In this document: positions 20,021-28,112 of the stretch, one piece after another
How the letters are laid out: each line of letters starts with the position of its first letter
Numbering within the stretch: position 1 is the first letter of the stretch
NCBI RefSeq assembly: GCF_006345805.1
Contig: NW_021827529.1
Location: forward strand, 1 to 28,112
Length of the DNA stretch: 28,112 nt
Source: Octopus sinensis
Taxonomy: Eukaryota
Reading direction: 5' to 3'
The notes under the pieces: generated by a model
What the model was told of the DNA's origin: nothing
Database searches by the model: none
What the model saw: the letters and a program-made list of their open reading frames with translations, nothing else
Position numbers and translations under genes: made by a program

Positions 20021-20966
20021 CTAAATTATATGCAAGAAGAATGTAGGGAAAATAGCAGGAAGAAGTTGGTCGTTTGCGCTAGTAAGCCATTAATTTAATT
20101 AATTAATGAAGAAAAGTGGTAGTAATAGTGCATTTACGATCGTTTCTGTTTACCAGTTGTAGTGGTAGACATCACCAGAATGTATATATATATGTATGTA
20201 TATGGATATATACATATACATACCTACATACATACATACCATACATACATACATACACATACATACACATTGATATATACTCAAATATGTATATTGTGTG
20301 TTTGAAAGTACATAGGTCAAACACGTGTTCTAATTATATGTTCCAGTTATTTAACCTATTACTCATGTGTGAATCAAATATTATATATATGTATATTTAT
20401 ATATATATAAATATGATTTCCTCGTGCTTCTTCATGTGTGCGTTTAAAATCACTTTGACACAAAATCTTAACATAAACGGACAGGGAAATCTACGTAAAG
20501 AGAAATAAGTATAAAAGTCTTTTAATCATTTTATAACATATAAAAAGAAAATATACAAAAATATCGAATCAAACAGCAAAAAATAAACAAAACAACAATA
20601 TGCATATATATATATATATAATATACATTCATATATATACATACGTATATACTACACATCAAACAGATGCTTTCTTATGCTTAAACACTCGACTTAGGCT
20701 ACGGTTGAAGAATCACAAGACTTATTTGAAACCTTTTCGCCCATTAAACGACTTGAGAAGTTCATTGCTGGAATCGCTGAGGCATTTCTTTCTTGCCGTT
20801 TCGGTGTTAACATTTCGACATCGATATATCTAGGTAAGAACTGTTTTACTTTCTGCTGAAGTCAGATGAAAATGTTCCTCGTTGCTGGTTTACTTATTCA
20901 ACAACTGTTTCCTTAATCCTAACACTACAGTTTGTATTCCGGCCACCTTTGTTCAAGAGTTGTGAC

Positions 20967-20969
<3 letters not shown>

Positions 20970-21028
<59 letters not shown>

Positions 21029-21088
21029 TACATATACACAAATACATATACACATACACACACACGCACACATACACACACACACATA
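20970..21088. repeat. (CA)n-rich microsatellite
   Basis: Direct reading. Confidence 0.95.
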
Positions 21089-21304
21089 CGCATTAAGTAT
21101 ATAGTTATAAAAGTAGAGAACAAATTTAGAGTGGATTACAGACATTTGACATCTACCTCTGGCATATAGGCGTTGGTACTCAAGTGCTCTCAATTATAAT
21201 TATAATTTTATAATTGTATATTCAAAAAGAATCTTTCCCGATATGGTGGTTTTTTGATACGCAGTGACTGATAAATGATTATATCCTCAATTTATATATA
21301 ATAT

Positions 21305-21348
<44 letters not shown>

Positions 21349-22034
21349 AATACAGTGTACGTTTAAAACACCTTTAAGAGGTTTCCATCATAGGAATCCT
21401 TTACGCTAGGAAGAACAGCTAAAATCCAAACCACTAATTAGGGATAAATTCTTGAAAGGAATGAAAAATAAAAACATTTACCATCTAAATAGATGTATTT
21501 TATTTGAATAATATATAGTCTATTGACTAATCTTTCTATACTCTAGGCCACTGGTAGTAAAAATTTCTAAAATTTCTATTACCCTGATATTATTAATTAT
21601 GTATATATATTTATATATATATATATATATGCGTGTGTGTATGTGTGCGCGTGTATTTGTATGTATATACGTATATGTATATAAATGTAGATATATATTA
21701 TATCATGTATGTATGGGGGTGGGATAAGCGGCAGAACTTACAGAATGACTCCAGGGCAGAGAGTTTCGTGCCTAGAGACTAAATGTATACCAGTGCTCGA
21801 GACACTCAGCCAATGGGTCACTCTGTAACTTTTGCCGATTAATGATGATGATGATGATGATGATGATGATTGATGAAAGCCACTACAAGTTGAAGCGACA
21901 CAATGAGGTAGGAAGCTAAGGTGCCAGATTTGAAACTATGCAAAAAGTGTGGGCAAGAGGGAGGCAGGACGGTATGAGCACAAATTGCAGGGAATGATGG
22001 AGTTGGAGACTAGCAAAATCTTCTGGAAATTCAT

Positions 22035-22131
22035 CCTCGGGAAAATTTGAACTCAGAACATCTTTAAGTCAGACGAATTGCCGCTAAGCATTTTTACCGG
22101 CGTGATAACGATTCTGCAAGCTCGACGCCTT
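22035..22131 (-). mobile_element. SINE family C head fragment
   Basis: AATTTGAACTCAGAAC...CCGCTAAGCATT...TGCAAGCTCGACGCCT. Confidence 0.8.
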
Positions 22132-22133
22132 AC

Positions 22134-22172
<39 letters not shown>

Positions 22173-22173
<1 letters not shown>

Positions 22174-22368
22174 TATTTCTAATGGAAGCGTAAGGCCTCA
22201 TATTTGTGGGGAGAGATTAAGTCGATTATATCGACCCCAAGTGTTCAACTGGTACTTATTTTATCGACCCCGAAAGGATGAAAGGCAAAGTCGACCTCGG
22301 TGGAATTTCAACTCAGAACGTAGCGACAGACGAAATACCGCTAAGCATTGCACGCGACGCTTAATGAT
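22173..22368 (-). mobile_element. SINE family C
   Basis: Core ATCGACCCCGAAAGGATGAAAGGCAAAGTCGACCTCGG intact; lies between (AAT)n and (CTA)n tracts. Confidence 0.9.
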
Positions 22369-22381
22369 ACTACTACTACTA

Positions 22382-22440
<59 letters not shown>

Positions 22441-22559
22441 GCTAATAATAATAATAATAATAATAATAAACGACAAAAATGAACACACTATGCTGCACAC
22501 ACTTCAGCAACACGCAGTTGTAGTAGGTGATGCAGTACTTTCCAATGTCAAATGATAAT

Positions 22560-22766
22560 TACAAGGCTTGTGATTTTGGGACAGAGGAGGAGGGGAGGCT
22601 AGTCGATTACATCAACCCCTGTGCTCGGCTGGTACTTAGTCAATGCACCACTTATACTTATTTCCTCGGCCTCGATGGGATTTGCATTCGTAACGTGAAA
22701 CCGGAAGAAATGCTACTAGGCGTTTGTTGCCCGCCATGCTAATGACTCCCAATGCTCACCGCGCCT
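22560..22766 (-). mobile_element. SINE family C, old and degenerate
   Basis: CTAGTCGATTACATCAACCCC...CTGGTACTT...CCTCG...GCTAATGA. Confidence 0.65.
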
Positions 22767-22773
22767 CGATCAT

Positions 22774-22779
<6 letters not shown>

Positions 22780-22833
<54 letters not shown>

Positions 22834-22894
22834 TATAATAATAATTATAATAATAATTATAATAATAATAATAATGATGATGATGATGATGATG

Positions 22895-22925
<31 letters not shown>

Positions 22926-23012
22926 AAGGATAATAATAATAATAATGATGATGATGATGATGATGATGATGATGGTGATGATAATGATGATAATAATAAC
23001 AATAACAACAAC

Positions 23013-23043
<31 letters not shown>

Positions 23044-23062
23044 GTAATAATAGTAATGATAG

Positions 23063-23106
<44 letters not shown>

Positions 23107-23157
23107 GTAATAGTAATAATAACAATAACAATAACAATAATAATAATAATAGTAATA

Positions 23158-23200
<43 letters not shown>
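22780..23200. repeat. Compound trinucleotide microsatellite (AAT/GAT/AAC/AGT)
   Basis: Direct reading; source of the poly-I, poly-L and poly-M ORFs. Confidence 0.95.
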
Positions 23201-23202
<2 letters not shown>

Positions 23203-23812
23203 TCTAAATTAGGCTTGAAACCCAAGCGATTTGAAGGAGGAGATATCGAGGTTTTGCCAGCCCTGATATTCCCTATGGTGTCAGTACAAGATGCTGAAAG
23301 ATCTCGAAGAGGGAATGAAACCGATCTTCCATTCCATGTGGTGGGAACTTGTCAGTGCCTGCATTACCACAATGATAATAGAGACATGTCTGTTGAGTCA
23401 GGAGATTTAGTTCGAGCTTCTCTTGTTGTGGGTGATGTGTGCCGGAAGTTAGATAATGTTGGAATGATGACTTTTGGGAAGCTTGCGTGCATTTCTGTGT
23501 GTGTGTGTGTGTGTGTGAGGTGTGAGAGAGAGAGAGAGAGAAACAGGCACACAGACAGAAAAGGCTTGTGCTATGAGAAAGTATATTCATGCTTAAAATA
23601 CGTAGAAGCATTACTGTATGCATGTGTATGCATATATGTGTGTGAGAGTGTGAGTGTATATATATATACGCGCGCGAGAGTGTGAGTGTATGTATATATA
23701 TATACGCGCGCATACAATATATATCAGTTACAAAACAGTATAAGTGTATTTTATTTTTATGCATATATTGTGGGTACATACACACACACACACATATATA
23801 TATGTATACACA

Positions 23813-23972
23813 GGCGCAGACATGACTATGTCGTAAAAAGATTGCTTCCCAACCACATGATTCTGGGTTCAGTCCCACTGCTTGGCACCTTGGGCAAATG
23901 TCTTTTACTATAGCCTCGGGTCGACAAATAACTTGTGAGTGGATTTGGTAGACGGGAACTGAAAGAAACCCG

Positions 23973-24010
<38 letters not shown>

Positions 24011-24216
24011 ATTGTGTCTACGTTTGTGGCCACCCCCACCATCGCCTGACAACCGATGTTGGTGTCTTTTTCGTCGCCGTGACTTAGCGGTGTGGCAGAA
24101 GGTAAGGATAGCATGGGCTTACAAAGCATAAATCCTGGGCTTGATTTCTTCGTCTAAAACTACTTAAGGTGATGCTCCAGCATGGTCTCAGTCAAATGAC
24201 TGAAACAAGTAAAAGA
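23813..24216 (+). mobile_element. SINE family B, full length
   Basis: GGCGCAGACATG... through CAGTCAAATGACTGAAACAAGTAAAAG. Confidence 0.9.
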
Positions 24217-24737
24217 AAGAATAAATAAAATAGGGAAAGAAAGAGAGAGAGAGACAGAGAGACAGACAGACAGGCAGAGGAAGATAGGAAAGAAGGGACA
24301 GAAAAGAAAGGAGAGATAGAAAGATGAAAGAAATGCACATTTTCATGTATGCATAGATGCATGCATGCTGCATATCTATACAAAAACACACGCATGCGTA
24401 AACGAACACACAAGCATGCGTAAACGCACATACACATCGATATGAACTTATCTCGTGTATATATATATATATATATATCCATATATCAGCTGTAATTAAA
24501 CTGCCCCAAATCACATCATTTCAATTTTCTGGTCAATAACTAGAATATCGCCAGTTAATAATAATATCTAAATTAGCCTTGAAAGCAGTTGTTAAGAAAG
24601 TCTGAATGTAGTCAATTATACCCCAGCGTCCAATTATGTTTACGCAACGAACCGTCTGGCTGCTTAATACGTTATATTGCAAGGGACGCTACCCTGTTCA
24701 AGAGGTATAATGTGAATTATGTCCCTTTAAATCTCTC

Positions 24738-25101
24738 TACTCTTTACTCTTTTACTTGTTTCAGTCATTTGACTGCGGCTATGCTGGAGCACCGCCTTTA
24801 ATCGAGCAACTCGACCCCGGGACTTATTATTTGTAAGCCCAGTACTTATTCTATCGGTCTCTTTTGCCGAACCGCTAAGTGACGGGGATGTAAACACACC
24901 AGCATCGGTTGTCAAGCAACAGACACACAAACACGCACACACACACATACATATATACATATATACGACAGGCTTCTTTCAGTTTCCGTCTACCAAATCC
25001 ACTCACAAGGCATTAGTCGGCCCGGGGCTATAGCAGAAGACACTTGCCGAAGATGCCACGCAGTGGGACTGAACCCGGAACCACACAGCCACTACTGCAC
25101 C
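24738..25101 (-). mobile_element. SINE family B with a small deletion in the head
   Basis: Tail TACTCTTTACTCTTTTACTTG; head joins CCCGGAA directly to CCACACAGCC. Confidence 0.9.
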
Positions 25102-25136
25102 TATTGTATAAATCGTTAATTTTGATTCATATATTA

Positions 25137-25349
25137 TTTTCTACTCTAGACACAAGGCCCGAAATTTTGTGGGAGTGGGGCCAGTCGATTAGATCAACCT
25201 CCGTATGCGACTGGTACTTAATTTATCGACCCCGAAAGGATGAAAGGCAAAGTCGACCTCGGCGGAATTTCAACATAAAAAATAAAAACAGACGAAATAC
25301 CGCTCCGCATTTCCCGTGGCGTGCTAACGTTTACGTCAGATCGCCGCTT
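25137..25349 (-). mobile_element. SINE family C
   Basis: Core intact at about 25225-25270. Confidence 0.9.
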
Positions 25350-25580
25350 TTCTTGGGATTGAAATATTGATAAGCAAGAATGAAACAATTATTTATGGGA
25401 TACGTCGATGTAGTTTGAGGAGAATTTCTGTTGGTGTGTGTGCGTATGTGTGTGTGTGTGTGAGCGTGCGTTCGTGTGTGTGTGCGTACACGCATATATG
25501 CACATATGTACACGAAGATTTGTAGCCGAAATGTGATTTCTCTGTCTCTTTCGATATATATATATATATATATATAATGT

Positions 25581-26042
25581 TATTCTTATATTTGTTTCAA
25601 TCATTTGACTGCTGCCATGCTGGAGCACTGCTTTTAGTCGAGCAAATCGCCCCCCTGACGTATTCTTTGTAAGCTTAGTACTTATTCTATCGGTCTCTTT
25701 TATCGAACCGCTAAGTTACGGGGGCGTGATCACGCCAACATCGGTTGTCAAACGATGGCCAGAGGACAAACACAGGCACATACACACACACATACACGCA
25801 ACACATATATACAATAGGCTTCTTTCAGTTTCCGTCTACCAAATCCACTCACAAGGTTTTGGTCGGCCCAAGGCTATAGCAGAAGACTCTTGCCCAATAT
25901 AGAGAATATGTTAGTAGAGTGTAGAACACCCCTCGGAATATATGATACATGTGTTAAGTCACCGAAACTATTAGGTGTGGGACTGAACCCGGAGCCATGT
26001 AGTTGGTAAGTAAGCTACTTACCACACAACCACTCCTGCGCC
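25581..26042 (-). mobile_element. SINE family B interrupted by about 79 bp of foreign sequence (25898-25976)
   Basis: TTGCCCAA|...|GTGGGACTGAAC, where other copies have GGTGCCACGCA-like sequence. Confidence 0.85.
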
Positions 26043-26520
26043 TATACATACATATATATAGATATTGACATACTTTCACATGCACTTGCATATGTACGTG
26101 TATTATATATAAACTGTTTTTTCTGAGACTACCCGTATCTAAGAATCTCAGTTACTTAACACATGTATAATATATTTCGAGGCGTATTCTGCACACTACA
26201 AACATATTCTCTATCTCTTCCAAGACACCGGGTCACATTTCAGATGACATAGCAGGGGTTAAACGTCCAGGCTTACAAGCTGTGTGAAAAGCAATTATTT
26301 ATTGAATGCTAAAACGCTTAATGTACTGGTCCTTAAAGTTTTACTCTGTTCACATAACAACCATATGGACATGTATCAAATATTATCTTAACTCTCTTGG
26401 ATTGAATTAATTAAAGTTGAAATAAAATATGGAATGCAGTAGGCAATGTGTCAAATATTTGTAGGGTACAGACAAAGGAGATTATGTTTTGGTGTTATTA
26501 AACTTATCAGTGTAGAATTT

Positions 26521-26536
26521 AGATATATATATAATA

Positions 26537-26600
<64 letters not shown>
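26521..26600. repeat. (TA)n microsatellite
   Basis: Direct reading. Confidence 0.95.
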
Positions 26601-26604
<4 letters not shown>

Positions 26605-26831
26605 CTTTACTACTCATAAGGGGCTAAATACAGAGGGGACAAACAAGGACAGACAAACGGATTAAGTCGATTATATCGACCCCAGTGTGTAACTGGTACT
26701 TAATTTATAGACCCCTAAAGGACGAAAGGCAAAGTCGACCCCGGCGGAATTTGAACCCAGAACGTAACGGCAGACGAAATACGGCTACTCATTTCGCCCG
26801 GCGTGCTAACGTTTCTGCCAGCTCGCCACCT
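26601..26831 (-). mobile_element. SINE family C, full length (tail type 2)
   Basis: Head AGGTGGCGAGCTGGCAGAAACGTTAGC on the minus strand; tail ...TAGTAAAGAAAT abutting (TA)n. Confidence 0.92.
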
Positions 26832-26897
26832 GGCAGAATTTTATGTTTAAATTTAGACCGGTGTTTGCTATGTATTTAGAGATATATGTATGTGTGT

Positions 26898-27200
26898 GTG
26901 GAGGCATATGGCCTAGTGGTTAGAGCAGCGGACTCGCGGTCGAGTGATCACGGATTCAAATCTCAGACCGGGTGATGTGTATGTTTATGAGCGAAACACC
27001 TAAGCTCCACGCAGCTCCGGAAGAAGGTAATGGCGAACTTCTGTTGACTCTTTCGCCACAACTTTCTCTCACTCCTTCTTCTTGCATCTTGCAGCTCACC
27101 TGCGATGGACCGGCGTCCCGTCCAGGTGTGGAACCTATGCGTCAAGGACACTGGGAAACCGGTCCTTATGAGCCAGGCGTGGCTCGAGAAGGAACAAACA
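26898..27200 (+). mobile_element. SINE A2, full length
   Basis: Head GTGGAGGCATATGGCCTAGTGGTTAG; tail GGCTCGAGAAGGAACAAACA; ATGTATGTGTGTGTG on both flanks. Confidence 0.92.
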
Positions 27201-27486
27201 TGTATGTGTGTGTGTGTGTGTGTGTGTGTACGAATGAATGCATGTATTCCTTTATGTTTAAGCAACAGCCAATCATTGATCGACAAATTAGTCGTTACTT
27301 TTATGCAACGTAACACATTTCATTTTCTCGAAACAAATTTCAACAGCGGCTATCAACCTTTATCTTCTTCTGTGTGTTAGTTCGCCTATGCATAATGATA
27401 GTAATAACCGGGTATTAGAACTGAATATACCTATGCTTCATTTTCTTCATCTTAGACAGACAGATAGGCACATAGATATTATTTGA

Positions 27487-27720
27487 GGACGCTTGGCCTA
27501 GTTGTTAGGGTTTTGCACGCGGGCGCTGTGTTTTGTATGTGAGCAAAATACTTGATCTCGCGTTGCTCTCTGATCTCTTCTATAACTGAAAGTGTTACAC
27601 TTTACACCTGTACAGGTAATATCGATTTGATGGAGATAGTGAGCTAATGAGCATCATGAACAATTGATCACTATAAACAAATCACCTGTGCTGATTGTTC
27701 AGCAAGAATTCGCGGAACCA
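27487..27720 (+). mobile_element. Degenerate tRNA-headed SINE, related to family E in its 5' part
   Basis: GGACGCTTGGCCTAGTTGTTAGGG A-box; GAGCAAAATACTTGATCTCGCGTTGCTC resembles family E GCAAAACACTTCATTTCACATTGCTC. The 3' boundary is uncertain. Confidence 0.55.
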
Positions 27721-27770
27721 TCTTTTTCGGACCCGAAACATACTCATTGTATGTGTGTGTGTGTGTGTGT

Positions 27771-27824
<54 letters not shown>

Positions 27825-27978
27825 AGATAGACAGACAGACAAACAAACACTAAAATTTAAATGCAAAAAAATTATGGCTGACAAAATGGCAATTGACTCG
27901 GGGCAACGTATCGATCAAGCTGTTATACGTATAATAGAACAAAATGATAGATAAGCAAACAGCGGGGATCGGGCTATA

Positions 27979-28112
27979 TCTCTTATTATAAAAGGCAGAT
28001 TTTATCTGCCTCCCTTTGTCAGTTATAGAAATCTACAATATAGGATTTCTTCAATTACAATTTACCTAGCATTTTTAGAGTAGAATGCATCGAGTCATGC
28101 CAGGTCCAGTTT
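27979..28112 (+). mobile_element. Possible Helitron-like element 5' end, runs off window
   Basis: A|TCTCTTATTATAAAAG start resembles TC..TATTATAAA Helitron 5' ends (recalled). It is followed by a perfect 8-bp hairpin AGGCAGAT-TTT-ATCTGCCT at 27993-28011. Confidence 0.35.

Noticed and set aside
21395-21435. CTAGGAAGAACAGCTAAAATCCAAACC, resembling the minimal HHR spacing
   Set aside because: Both core segments would need mutation and helix II does not pair.
21742-21771. 30-nt minus-strand micro-exon candidate (CTCTAG acceptor, GTAAGT donor)
   Set aside because: Open in all frames and too short to discriminate. Equally good sites occur on the plus strand (about 6001-6039, 13011-13042, 20697-20832), which shows the chance rate is high.
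23644-23711. Two-unit tandem repeat GAGAGTGTGAGTGTA(TA)nCGCGCGC
   Set aside because: Simple slippage duplication in low-complexity DNA.
22739-24052. Longest ORFs in the track (263 aa, 259 aa, 132 aa, 122 aa)
   Set aside because: They are kept open by trinucleotide and dinucleotide repeats and SINE B. The unique part at about 23260-23495 is open in several frames with no recognisable motif.

Overview
Repeat-saturated, AT-rich eukaryotic DNA. The SINE repertoire and extreme microsatellite load most resemble an octopus (coleoid cephalopod) genome; this assignment is an inference from recalled repeat families. I found no intact, recognisable gene. Most of the long ORFs in the track are artefacts of microsatellites or SINEs. 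Supported content: a decayed hAT (SPIN/Charlie/GTF2IRD2-like) transposase at 180-1600 (-); a short RTE-like LINE fragment; about 27 copies or fragments of at least four tRNA-headed SINE families; and Penelope-like remnants carrying hammerhead-ribozyme (HHR) motifs at ~4288, ~6505, ~15231 and ~15414, the last two a tandem pair with predicted cut sites 184 nt apart. Other features are a perfect 38-bp palindrome at a SINE/Penelope junction, a fold-back at 2254-2443, a head-to-tail SINE array with identical junctions, one SINE family that lies only on the minus strand, and a possible Helitron-like 5' end at the right edge. A few weak minus-strand candidate exons (best: 20020-19956 joined to 19629-19300) suggest the window may lie inside a large gene, but this is unproven.
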